A stretch of 64,000 bases of DNA from Octopus sinensis (Eukaryota): the NCBI RefSeq assembly GCF_006345805.1, contig NC_042997.1, positions 183,210,001 through 183,274,000 of the forward strand, given 5' to 3'. A program made the position numbers and the translations under genes. Shown here piece after piece: positions 56,401 to 64,000 of the stretch. Below the pieces are notes generated by a model. It was not told the origin of the DNA. It ran no database searches and saw nothing but the letters and a program-made list of their open reading frames with translations. Each line of letters begins with the position of its first letter. Positions within the stretch are counted from its first letter, which is position 1.

Positions 56401-58784
56401 AAAATGCCTTTTTAAAACATTCTGCTTTTATAGCAAGTTATTTTGGGTGAATGGGACTACGGAAAACAAAAGCAATTATACTAAATTGGCTGCAAACCTA
56501 AGTATCACTGCCTGTTATAGAGAGGAGAGGCAGTTAAACAAATACTGGAGCCTGACAAACCATTATCTGTTTGTACTAGTCATAGTTGAGACATTAGGTG
56601 TTCTTGGACTCAACACTACTGATTTTCTCCCCAAAATCGGGACAACACTGGCCTGTTTGAGAAATGAGCTCCATGAGGTGGGGTGGCCATTGCAGCAAGT
56701 GTTGCTGACCATTCTCCACAGCAACGTCTTTGCAATTATGTTTGTGAGGCATGGCTGAACACACCGTTTGGATTAGGGCGGAATCTAGTTAAATTGATTC
56801 ACAAAATCAGGCCCCTTTAATTTTGCTCAGATTGCTTTCAATCTTGGTTTATTGATACAACTCTGGATTTTGATTACAATCAACCAATTACTTTATCTCG
56901 TAAATTAAAGAACCTGATGTTATTTGGAATTAAAGTTGGGAAAATTTGGGTAATTTTAGCCAATCAACAGACAGCAAGGCATTAACAGCTTGTTACTATG
57001 ACAACTGCACGTAGTGTTGTGTTTCACTTCACCTGCACGCTGTGTTGTGTTGATTCTTCACACAACAAAATTTGCTTCACCTGTGTGTTTTGTTTTAATA
57101 AAATTTATGTTTATCGATTAGAATTTAATTGTAGGTATTTTTCATCAATTGTCTTAATATTTTACATATATTTCGTGAAGTTATTCTGTGTTTACATTTA
57201 TTGCAATAAATGCCTTTCAGTTTAAACCCAGGTCAGGTCAGAATGAGCCATTCTGTATTTTTATTGAAGACGTAGGACATTATTTAATGTGTCCTTCATT
57301 TTTAAAATGTTAGAGCAGAGTGAGGGAGATTTAGCTGTTATTTCTAGCAAATTAAACAACTATACAGGAGTGGTTGTGTGGTAAGTAGCTTGTTTACCAA
57401 CCACATGGTTCTGGGTTCAGTCCCACTGCGTGGCACCTTGGGCAAGTGTCTTCTACTAGCCTCGGGCCGACCAAAACCTTGTGAGTGGATTTGGTAGACG
57501 GAAACTGAAAGAAGCCCGTCGTATATATGTATATATATATATGCGTGTGTGTGTTTGTGTGAGTGTGGTTGTCCCCCTAGCATTGCTTGACAACCGATGC
57601 TGGTGTGTTTATGTCCCCGTTACTTAGCGGTTCGGCAAAAGAGACCAATAGAATAAGTACTGGGCTTACAAAAAGAATAAGTCCCGGGGTCGAGTTGCTA
57701 GATTAAAGGCGGTGCTCCAGCATGGCTGCAGTCAAATGACTGAAACAAGTAAAAGAGTAAAGAGTACACAGAGGTTACCCTATTGGCTCCAGTCTTGTTC
57801 AGATGAATTGAATCACATATCTTATCATTTTGCTTACTACAAAACTCCATTATGTAAGAACTTCACTCTGAGTCCAGTGACTTAAAGCAGACAAGGAACA
57901 AATCTTCCTCTGGACAAGATGCTAGTCTGTTTGAACTAACGTTTTTGGAAGGCATTTTTTTGTATACTCCAGCTTGGTAAACTGAGCCAAGTAGAGTGAT
58001 ATGTATACTACCCAGTAAACTGAAACATTAAACCTACAGTAGGACTAATTCCTACTTATAATTCATTAATTGCTAATCCACATAATCATACACTTCTAGT
58101 TTATATTAGACTTTATATTACAGATTATATGTTGTGATGGCAATTTTTATACTAATTTATTCTTGACTAGCAGTATTGCCCAGCATTGCTTGGGTTTGTT
58201 TCGACCCTTTAGAATTGGAATTTTTGAAAAAATAAAAATTTTGCATTATGTAGCTTGTTATTTTCTTTAAGTGAACATTTTTCTGGTTGAAATACACCAA
58301 AAAATGGTGACACAGCAGTCAAAAAAATGTAAAAAAATAGGGATTTTCATAGAAAAAAAGCACCTTTTTGATGTAAATAATTTTTGGTCTTAACATGGTC
58401 CGGTTTGAATTTTTTCTTCTACGGAAGGAAGAGCAAGCCTTCTATCATATTCTCAATTTTGGTCAACTTGCGCCGCAGGGTCTCGGAGGAGATAGTGTTA
58501 GTTGAAGGCTACCAAACCTGCCACACACAGACAACTTCAGCTTTATATATATAGAGAGATATATTAAATCTCATGGAACTTATATATTCCTTTTATTTAA
58601 GAAAAAAAATAACATAACAGTCATTTAAGATCTGATTGTTTGATTCAAATGTTTATATTTCTATTGATTTCAGTGTGAAAGATGTAACAAAACATTCATA
58701 CCTCTCAATGATTATCAAAATACCATGTTGCTGCTATGTACATATTGCAAACTTGATTCTTGCCTCAATAAATACTCTCTCTGA
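2745..58784 (+). CDS. WDR88: WD repeat-containing protein 88 orthologue, 11 coding exons, 388 aa (join 2745-2846, 11977-12176, 15335-15398, 17270-17408, 26403-26529, 27527-27640, 43266-43333, 48939-49021, 52760-52828, 55017-55106, 58674-58784)
   Basis: Exons joined by hand give an open 1167-nt frame with GT-AG introns and matching phases. The protein has tandem WD40 repeats (GH...WD motifs such as [10 protein letters not shown]...[13 protein letters not shown]...[13 protein letters not shown]...ILWD) and ends in CERC-x17-CTYC. This is collinear with vertebrate WDR88 as I recall it (GHEGSVSSC, DRTMRLWNI, CERCDRPF...CVFC). Confidence 0.88.
3525..4685. repeat. Nested inverted-repeat structure in intron 1 (outer arms about 3525-3746 and 4489-4685; inner arms 4101-4202 and 4244-4345)
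   Basis: Inner arms of 102 bp differ at 2 positions. Outer arms 3631-3746 and 4489-4601 are about 90% reverse complementary by eye. Confidence 0.85.
5180..5470 (-). mobile_element. Non-autonomous Helitron
   Basis: The minus-strand 3' end has a GC hairpin (cccgagcaacgccaggc) followed by CTAG|T. The 5' end resembles the copies at 27119 and 58167. Confidence 0.7.
5668..6041 (+). mobile_element. tRNA-derived SINE, family A (CORE-like centre); further copies about 6395-6707+, 15700-16070-, 27706-28345-, 42772-43065+, 44492-44870-, 53183-53580-, 57365-57766+ and partial copies
   Basis: Head with A box (tggctgtgtggtaag) and B box (ggttcagtccc), ggcaccttgggcaagtgtctt core, internal (TA/TG)n, 3' end gactgaaacaagtaaaagagt. 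Confidence 0.85.
6730..6850 (-). mobile_element. hAT (SPIN/Buster-like) transposase C-terminal remnant
   Basis: Minus-strand translation [33 protein letters not shown] matches the hAT dimerisation-domain pattern. Confidence 0.75.
6900..7770 (-). mobile_element. Decayed hAT transposase (ZMYM1/ZNF862-like)
   Basis: Minus-strand fragments ...[14 protein letters not shown]..., [13 protein letters not shown] and [21 protein letters not shown] (first catalytic Asp region); frameshifted. Confidence 0.75.
9106..10733. mobile_element. pogo/Tigger-like MITE with TA target duplication, interrupted by a 1.2-kb insert
   Basis: 22-bp TIRs ccgtaaatcctctagtatagtc / gattatactcgaggatttacgg (2 mismatches), TA on both sides. 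Confidence 0.8.
9202..10412. mobile_element. Probable solo LTR inserted in the MITE
   Basis: Begins TGTTATG and ends CGTAATACA; GC- and CpG-richer than the flanks; no convincing ORF; TSD ambiguous. Confidence 0.45.
10873..11097. repeat. Foldback/MITE-like inverted repeat (arms 10873-10955 and 11013-11097)
   Basis: Arms of about 83 bp, about 90% reverse complementary, around a spacer of about 57 nt. Confidence 0.8.
11977..12176 (+). CDS. WDR88: WDR88 exon 2 ([38 protein letters not shown]...VNPNNC)
   Basis: ttcag| acceptor, |gtaagt donor, complete WD40 repeat, phase 0 to 2. Confidence 0.9.
13318..14150 (+). mobile_element. Decayed R4/Dong-clade (RLE-type) non-LTR retrotransposon, C-terminal part
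   Basis: [16 protein letters not shown]...[11 protein letters not shown] and [26 protein letters not shown] zinc-knuckle motif. Confidence 0.8.
14235..14961 (-). mobile_element. Mariner 5' half (same family as 21-1255)
   Basis: HTH region and LGKWVPHKL motif (ORF 14364-14819); one TIR ttatgggatgacccaata. Confidence 0.88.
15335..15398 (+). CDS. WDR88: WDR88 exon 3 ([21 protein letters not shown])
   Basis: ttttag| acceptor, weak |gtttgt donor, WD motif, phase 2 to 0. Confidence 0.85.
16238..16635 (-). mobile_element. Non-autonomous element sharing the 3' end of the RTE LINE; further copies about 28490, 30170, 31200, 32995, 39180, 41510, 46855, 51255, 55810
   Basis: Tail aacccatgctagcatggaaagcggacgttaaa(tga)n is nearly identical to the LINE 3' end at 20471-20640. 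Confidence 0.8.
16864..17080. mobile_element. piggyBac-like MITE, about 220 bp (inverted copy at 63010-63229)
   Basis: TTAA|CCCTTTCGTTAC...GTAACAAAAAGG|TTAA; the second copy is also flanked by TTAA. Confidence 0.8.
17270..17408 (+). CDS. WDR88: WDR88 exon 4 ([46 protein letters not shown])
   Basis: tttcag| acceptor, |gtaatg donor, WD40 repeat, phase 0 to 1. Confidence 0.9.
17620..17980 (+). mobile_element. Mariner transposase catalytic-domain fragment (a different subfamily)
   Basis: [25 protein letters not shown]...[12 protein letters not shown]...[12 protein letters not shown]...ELVHQPP. Confidence 0.85.
18194..18413. mobile_element. Second piggyBac-like MITE family (related copy about 33480-33705)
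   Basis: TTAA|CCCTTTA...AAAAGGG termini and a shared internal sequence gattttgatgatgtgattg. Confidence 0.6.
20471..24189 (-). mobile_element. Near full-length RTE-clade LINE (APE endonuclease, RT, internal PHD finger), inactivated, inserted in the Gypsy RNase H region
   Basis: ORFs 22852-24168 ([26 protein letters not shown]) and 21221-22858 ([38 protein letters not shown]) are one ORF split by a frameshift; (GAT)n tail at 20471. Confidence 0.95.
20645..21045. repeat. Tandem array of about 6-7 units of 62-66 bp in the RTE 3' UTR
   Basis: The gtgcc anchor recurs at 20651, 20713, 20775, 20837, 20900, 20963 and 21029. Confidence 0.9.
26403..26529 (+). CDS. WDR88: WDR88 exon 5 ([42 protein letters not shown])
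   Basis: ttacag| acceptor, |gtaagt donor, 127 nt = 2+123+2, phase 1 to 2. Confidence 0.9.
27119..27507 (-). mobile_element. Non-autonomous Helitron, about 390 bp
   Basis: Minus strand A|TCTATATATAT...CTAG|T with no TSD; collinear with 58167-58559. Confidence 0.8.
27527..27640 (+). CDS. WDR88: WDR88 exon 6 ([37 protein letters not shown])
   Basis: tgacag| acceptor, |gtaact donor, canonical GH-WD repeat, phase 2 to 2. Confidence 0.92.
29745..30055 (+). mobile_element. tRNA-derived SINE, family C (V/Meta-like centre); younger copies 46242-46501+ and a tandem pair 55165-55636-
   Basis: Head tggcctagtggtta...ggtttcgattcc followed by gtgtccttgagcaa(a)acactt. Confidence 0.7.
30700..30850. repeat. 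(CATA)n microsatellite; similar tracts at 15450-15510 and 39905-40160
   Basis: Read directly. Confidence 0.9.
32766..32936 (+). other. 81-bp hairpin with 8-nt loop in WDR88 intron 6
   Basis: Arms 32766-32847 and 32856-32936 give 68 Watson-Crick pairs, 13 G-U pairs and one bulge on the + strand. Confidence 0.85.
34208..34440 (+). mobile_element. SINE family B with Nin/Deu-like domain; dense cluster 32330-35220 and copies 37040-37265-, 38900-39140-, 43575-44175-, 45440-46040-, 47309-47538-
   Basis: Head ggcggcgagctggcagaa, B box gagttcaaattc, conserved gactttgcctttcatcctttcggggtcgataaattaagtaccag, tail gccccttgtggg...aaagaaata. Confidence 0.82.
35490..36130 (+). mobile_element. Highly decayed RTE/BovB-like LINE C-terminal fragment
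   Basis: [30 protein letters not shown] and STSLYGC resemble the RTE ORF tail; many frameshifts. Confidence 0.6.
36331..36434 (+). pseudogene. U6: U6 snRNA retrocopy, 5' truncated by a few nt
   Basis: tgcttcggcagtacatattctaaaattggaatgatacagagaagattagcatggcccctgtgcaaggatgacacgcaaattcatgaagcattccatattttttt. The ACAGAGA box is intact; four CpG-type transitions and one A>T relative to the U6 consensus. Confidence 0.92.
36438..36834 (+). mobile_element. Full-length family A SINE abutting the U6 copy
   Basis: The head ggtgcaggagtggctgtgtgg starts 3 nt after the U6 oligo-T. Confidence 0.88.
37480..38370. repeat. Compound trinucleotide low-complexity tract (ACT, ACC, GCT, GTA)
   Basis: Read directly; it is the source of the spurious poly-T/V/L ORFs. 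Confidence 0.9.
41790..41930. repeat. 42-bp minisatellite, about 3.4 copies
   Basis: The unit ctccatgaggcccaacac...aggaactcagccac recurs with a 14-codon period. Confidence 0.75.
43266..43333 (+). CDS. WDR88: WDR88 exon 7 ([23 protein letters not shown])
   Basis: cttag| acceptor, |gtaagt donor, phase 2 to 1. Confidence 0.9.
47663..48230 (-). mobile_element. Internally deleted mariner (Hsmar1/Mos1-like), 568 bp, both TIRs and TA TSDs
   Basis: TIRs ttgggttttctggaaagtttgtgccaattt / aaatcggcacaaaaactttccggacaacccaa. [14 protein letters not shown] is fused to [35 protein letters not shown]. Confidence 0.92.
48939..49021 (+). CDS. WDR88: WDR88 exon 8 ([28 protein letters not shown])
   Basis: ttacag| acceptor, |gtaagt donor, phase 1 to 0. 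Confidence 0.92.
49120..49300 (+). mobile_element. Penelope-like pseudo-LTR fragment carrying a minimal hammerhead motif (49160-49194)
   Basis: gttt CTGACGA a gagc tcc gctc GAAA cg T t aaat; follows a (TG)n tract. Confidence 0.6.
49846..50400 (+). mobile_element. (AAT)n-embedded interspersed repeat, 555 bp (5'-truncated copy 40495-40956; fragment 45077-45235)
   Basis: The two long copies are collinear, both end ...ctctctcactc followed by long AAT/GAT runs, and both are preceded by AAT runs. Confidence 0.8.
50640..52420 (-). mobile_element. Old Jockey/L2/CR1-group LINE RT remnant split by the insertion at 51255-51730
   Basis: Minus-strand fragments [33 protein letters not shown] and [11 protein letters not shown]. 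Confidence 0.65.
52760..52828 (+). CDS. WDR88: WDR88 exon 9 ([23 protein letters not shown])
   Basis: tttcag| acceptor, |gtaaga donor, 69 nt, phase 0 to 0. Confidence 0.9.
55017..55106 (+). CDS. WDR88: WDR88 exon 10 ([30 protein letters not shown])
   Basis: gttag| acceptor, |gtaagt donor, 90 nt, phase 0 to 0. Confidence 0.9.
56440..56760 (+). mobile_element. CRE-clade-like RLE endonuclease C-terminal remnant
   Basis: [24 protein letters not shown]...[16 protein letters not shown] matches the FVPxAVETLGxxG...QRGN pattern. Confidence 0.6.
58167..58559 (-). mobile_element. Non-autonomous Helitron, same family as 27119-27507
   Basis: A|TCTCTCTATATAT...hairpin...CTAG|T on the minus strand. Confidence 0.8.
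58674..58784 (+). CDS. WDR88: WDR88 terminal exon 11 ([36 protein letters not shown])
   Basis: tttcag| acceptor, two CxxC pairs, TGA at 58782-58784. Confidence 0.88.
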   Translation, partial: CERCNKTFIPLNDYQNTMLLLCTYCKLDSCLNKYSL

Positions 58785-58984
58785 GTAATGCATTTCTTCC
58801 AAAGCTAATTCCAAAGAATTACACCTAATGCAAAATGTCTTTTGTTGGTTTTTTTCCACCCCCTACCCGAAACTTAAATGAAAATATTACCTTCAAAACA
58901 ATGGCTTTAACAACTATTAGAGAATATATATTCTTCCCAGTGGTTTTCTAATATGGATGTGCAATGCTAATTTGTTCAAAATGC

Positions 58985-59580
58985 AGAGCACAAGTCACTT
59001 GCAAAAGTTGTTGACTATCTATCTGCGGCTTTATATAGCTATGGTAAGACCTCACCTAGAATTTGCATCACCGGTCTGGAACCCCTATCTTGCCCAGGAT
59101 ATCAATCGTCTGGAAGCCGTTCAGCGACATGCAACCAAGAGAATACCCTCCATCAGGCATTTGCCATATTCTGAACGCCTTACTTCCCTGGGCATGGACA
59201 CATTGAAACTCCGACGTCCAGCAGCTGACTTGGCAGACACCCATAAAATTATCAACCATCGTACAAACAATAACTCTGAGCACCTTTTCAAACTCCACCC
59301 ATCTAACACCCGTGGACATATTTACAAAGTCAGAAAACAGCACAGCTCCCATGACTTTCGGAAACATTTTTTCACACTAAGAGTTGCTGAAGCATGGAAC
59401 AGACTGCCGGCATCAGTTGTTAGTTGTCGGAGCACTGCATCCTTCAAAACTTTCATGCTTCCTGAGATTCGCCAACACTACACCTGATTTTCTCCCCTCC
59501 ATACACATGCAAACTGTTCTTAAGTTGTGATGCACCTGAGCACTGTATACAATAATTTCATTATATTATATATATTATAT
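58985..59580 (+). mobile_element. 5'-truncated CR1-like LINE 200 nt downstream of the WDR88 stop
   Basis: YIAMVRPHLEFASPVWNPYLAQDINRLEAVQRHATKRIP...[14 protein letters not shown]; AT-rich tail. Confidence 0.9.
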
Positions 59581-60579
59581 ATTAAAGGCCATGGTATACA
59601 GGAATGAAATTGTACAGAAAAAGTTGCAGTGGGAGCCTAGTATTTATGTTCAGTTTTTAACTGAGTATAAAGACAAACATTAATACTGTGTGTGTATAAA
59701 ATCAAAAACAAAAAAATATTTTAGGCTAGAAATGAACTGAATTTCAGTAATTTAAATGTCAGTAAATTTGACCAAGTATATCACTCTTGTAATTTGATAA
59801 TAGTTCTTAAGAGGCTCTAAATAGTCAATCATTAGGTTATCAAACTAATACTTCAGTTATTGAGCCATGGAGGTTACTGTCATTTTTTCCAATTTAGTTT
59901 TTACTTTGATTCAAAATATATCTCCTAATTATGTGAACCAGTCTTCCATATTGTTGTTCATTAGCAACAATGAATAATTAAGTATGCTAGTCATACTCAT
60001 CACTCATTACATTACTTTGCTCTTCAAGTTTACTTGCATGTAAACTGATCTGCTGAAAACAGCAGTCAAATCTTTCTCAAATCACTACAGTCCATCTTAA
60101 AAAAAAAAAAATGAATGCATTGGGTAGTATAGTCCCTGATATACAAAAAGATGGTCAGAGCTGGAATGCCTTTGATCAGATGTCTGCTTGATCTGGGCTG
60201 ACCTCGGGCTAAACATCAATAACCATTCTGTAGTTATTATATTAGCCTTAGTAACAGACAGATATTTTACCTATCATTTTCTTAACCATAGTCAATAAAT
60301 TTTGCAAAAGATTTGTATATCACTTAACATGCTTTAGTAAATCAAAGTCCAATTGCTTAGTCCTGGCAGCACCAAAATTTCAGATCTAGCTCCAGTCTTA
60401 ATCAGTGCCTGATTAAATTACATATCATGTAATTTTCTTGGGGTGAAATACACAAGATTGAAAAATATCTGAAGTCTTTTCAAGGATGTGAAAGTTTGAA
60501 CTCAGTGTTGAAAGCTTATACAATCCTTGTCCCTGCAGGTGTGAACTATTTCTAATATTAATTTAAAACAAGCTGGTCA

Positions 60580-60990
60580 AGGTTAATTTGGCAGACACCC
60601 CTAAAATTATTAACCATCTTACTAACAATAACTCTGAGCACCTTTTCAAACTCCACCTGTCTAACACCTGTGGACATGTTTATAAAGTCAGAAAACAGCA
60701 CAGCCCCCATGACTTTCGGAAGCATTTTTTCACGCTAAGAGTTGCTGAAGTATGGAGCAAACTGCCGGAGCACTGCATTCTTCAAAACTTCCATGCTTCC
60801 TGAGACTCGCCAACACTACACCTGATTTTCTCCCCTCCATACACATGCAAGCATGTATCTGACTCCTACACTGTTCACTTTCCAGACATTTGTACGTTAC
60901 TGCATATTCTTTATAAGCACTTTTGACAAGTTGTGGTGCACCTGAGCACTATATACAATAATTTCATCTTTATTATTATTATTATTATAA
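60580..60990 (+). mobile_element. CR1-like 3' fragment (shorter ones at 52525-52735 and 54385-54672)
   Basis: HDFRKHFFTLRVAE plus the shared 3' UTR and (ATT)n tail. Confidence 0.85.
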
Positions 60991-63900
60991 AAGTGTCTTA
61001 GTTATGGTCACTCTGCAACACCTGTGTTTAAAAACTAATAATTAGTCATTTGACTTAGTGCGTCTCATAATCTACTGGGTCCTAATGAAGATAGTTTTTT
61101 CATGTAATGTATCAATAGAAATAGTCTCCAGGCTTGACCCATAGAGACAATTGAACTCTGTACTAATGTGTCAAAATACCAATTAATGTTATAATGTTGT
61201 AGCTAACTTGTGATAGCTACTTACAGTTATATGGCTTGGGTCATCAAATCTTAAGTACTTTGGTCATTGTTGTTGAAAGCTAACCTAACAACTACTTTTT
61301 TACAAGTGAATTGTGTAAATAAGTCAAAATGTTTGTGTGTCATTATTCATTTATTTTAATGGTTTTTTACAAGCACAATATATTATATACATTTTAACAA
61401 AAAAAAAATATTTTACATAGTTATATTAGATAAAAGAATTTGAAAGGTTACATAATGTAGACATGTCTTTTACAAGAAAAAAAAGGAAATAATGTTTCTC
61501 TTTTTTTTTTGTCTGAATTGTATAATTCATAATAATTGCAATTGTAATATTGCAAAGAATACATTTAAACTTACATTTGGTTACCAAACTCAAAACCTGT
61601 AGCAGACTCACCTATTTTCAATATCTGAGTGTTCTTTGGAAGAAAACTAAAGGACTGCATTAAAAAAAACTATTCATTACTATATTTAAAGGAATTGTTA
61701 TTTTGATCTAAAAGATTTCGAAGAAACATTTCTCACAATCATTACTGAGAAAAAAATAAACTATAAAACAGATGTGTGTTTATGCCTTAAAATACATTCT
61801 ACATGATAACTGATCATAATCAGTGAAAATAGAGTTTGATTTTATGGAGGTCATGCAAATACAGATGAAATATATTTTAATTAACTTTATCAATCAGATA
61901 CATTGATGGTTTAATGCATCCAGTCAATAAATAAATAAAAAAAATTATAAAAGTTTGCTATAATAAATTTCATACAAAAGTTTAAAATTCTCATTTGATA
62001 AATACTTGAAAGAAAATAATTTTGTTTCAGCAAAACACTTTTGCATAACATTTCAAACTTGCTAGTTCTAAGCAGATAACAACAATAATTTAAAAAGATC
62101 TATAAAAAATATTATAATACTGTACAATTATTGAGTTATTATTTAAGCATTGTAGCTTGCAATAAATTAAACTTATGAGCAACAGTGCTTACATACAAAA
62201 TTCAATTTTACAATGTTAGAAGCATGATGGAAATTAGTAACGATGAAGGAAAATATTAGTCATCCTTCCACACTTCCATCAAATGTATGAGTTCTGTTAT
62301 GGTATCTGAGTTTACAAAACAAAATTATGATTATTAACATCCTGAGGAAATTTAATATATTTTCCTTTGGAAGAAAACAAACCAATGAAATTAAATCAAC
62401 TCTGCTTAAACTAGATAAACTTAGTTTCTTCCCTAGTCAACCTAAATCACCCTTGGCTTAAACATAGAATGGACACATTGGTTAATGTAGTCCTGGACAT
62501 TCTCCTAAAAAAAAATGAGATGGTCACAACTGGAATATCGTTGATCATAGGCCTATTCATTCAAGGTTAAGCCGGGGCTAAACAACAATTGGTATCACCA
62601 ATAATTTAGAAACAGAATATATAATGGAGAACTTCAAGATAGTTGCTTTACGTTCCTTCTGTTGGTCCCATTTTATAAATGCATTTCTTTGAAATCGGAA
62701 GAAGTGGATTGACAAAAGGTTTAAGTGTGGGGAAATACACACAATAACTCACAAACACCCACAGACTTATGTTGACCTAACTGCTTATGTCAGTAGCTTT
62801 TTCCATCAGATTCCATTACAGTAAGTAAAGACAAGTACTTTTCTTACCTATGTCTCATCACATTATACATCTGCTTAACTTTTCTCCTTCATTTTATTAC
62901 TTTCAAATCAATTCTTATATATTTTTTACTGATAACACCATCATCCATTTTTCCCCTCAATTAGATCCATCCCATGCACAAACTTTGTCCACTTCCAACT
63001 TTATATTAACCCTTTCATTACCAACCGGGCTGAAACCAGCTCTGACTCTGAGTACAAATGTCTTGTTTTCATAAGTTTTGAATTAAAATCTTCCACCAAA
63101 CCTTAGTCACAATTTATGTTCCTAACACTAGCTGAATGATAACCAAGTTATTTTACTAAATTCTTTGTTATATTTAAAGTAATTGAAAGAAACACAGAGC
63201 ATCTCAAAATAAATACAGTAATGAAAAGGTTAATATTGCATTTGAATTTCTGGAAGCTATTAATCACACTATTTTAACTTTTGATATATCCTGCAAATAT
63301 TAACAACAAATATCTGAACACTGAACAAGTTCTTCCACATGTGAACATTGCATATGAATTCAAACCATGTTGGTAAATTCTAACCATGTACTCAAAACAT
63401 GTTCACGAATTCAGTTGAGTATATCAAATTAATTAACAATTGTAATAATGTGAAATAGCAAAACAGATATGAAGGTGAGATGTTTTTAAAGGGAAAAATA
63501 AAAGGTTCTTAGATGTTGTCAAGTAAATCTAAGAGATTTGACACTCATGATCCAGTTTTTTTCACATCTTGCATTAAGATTCATCCACATAAGATTTTCT
63601 AAAGTAAAAGGTTGTGTGTAAGGGTGCATGCATGTGTGCATGCACACACACGTGTTTTTTTATCTGTCTCACTCAGAGACTGTTAGTTTTTGCAAAGCTA
63701 TTAAAAAATCTCATTTATTGTAACTGTCAATCTATTTTTTTAAATAATAAATATTTCACTCTAACATATTGTGTTTACAATTCAGTTAATATTTCACATT
63801 TTTCTATATAACTAAGAGTGCATGCACACACTTACACACACACGCATAATGTTAAGTATGCATGTAAGAGAGAAAATTTAGAAATGAAAAATAGCATGTC

Positions 63901-64000
63901 TATGTGAATGAGACTGTCACATGTATTCTTATTTCTGTGTGCATGTAAGTGTTCATGTGTGTGTGTGTGTAACATGCACTTATATTTAAGTACATGTATG

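Noticed and set aside
58957-59487. 176-aa ORF as a host gene or WDR88 extension
   Set aside because: It is the C-terminus of a CR1-like ORF2 repeated elsewhere in the window and lies after the WDR88 stop.
62260-62880. Minus-strand coding exons (for example YHNRTHTFDGSVEG* or VNISLWVFVSYC...)
   Set aside because: No recognisable homology, weak polypyrimidine tracts and no consistent exon chain.

Overview
Eukaryotic, AT-rich, repeat-dense animal DNA, most likely a coleoid cephalopod such as Octopus (inference from the SINE families and microsatellite load; not verified by search). One host gene spans almost the whole window: an 11-exon, + strand WD40 gene that I assembled by hand (ATG 2745 to TGA 58784; 1167 nt, 388 aa; all introns GT-AG with consistent phases) and recognise as WDR88. 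No ORF in the supplied track represents it. A candidate ETS plus RFX X-box promoter lies just upstream. The introns contain a decayed Gypsy LTR element interrupted by a near full-length RTE LINE with an internal PHD finger; mariner, hAT, pogo-like, piggyBac-like and Helitron remnants; CR1-, R4/Dong-, CRE- and Jockey/L2-like LINE fragments; several SINE families; and a U6 snRNA retrocopy abutting a SINE. The most unusual observations are an 81-bp intronic hairpin whose 13 arm mismatches are all G-U wobbles on the sense strand (32766-32936), a set of minimal Penelope-type hammerhead ribozyme motifs (29017, 39821, 42056, 49160), and a local duplication holding the same SINE as a trimer in one copy and a monomer in the other. 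No CRISPR array, rRNA or intact tRNA gene was found. Repeat boundaries are read by eye and may be off by tens of bases; exon boundaries were checked for phase.
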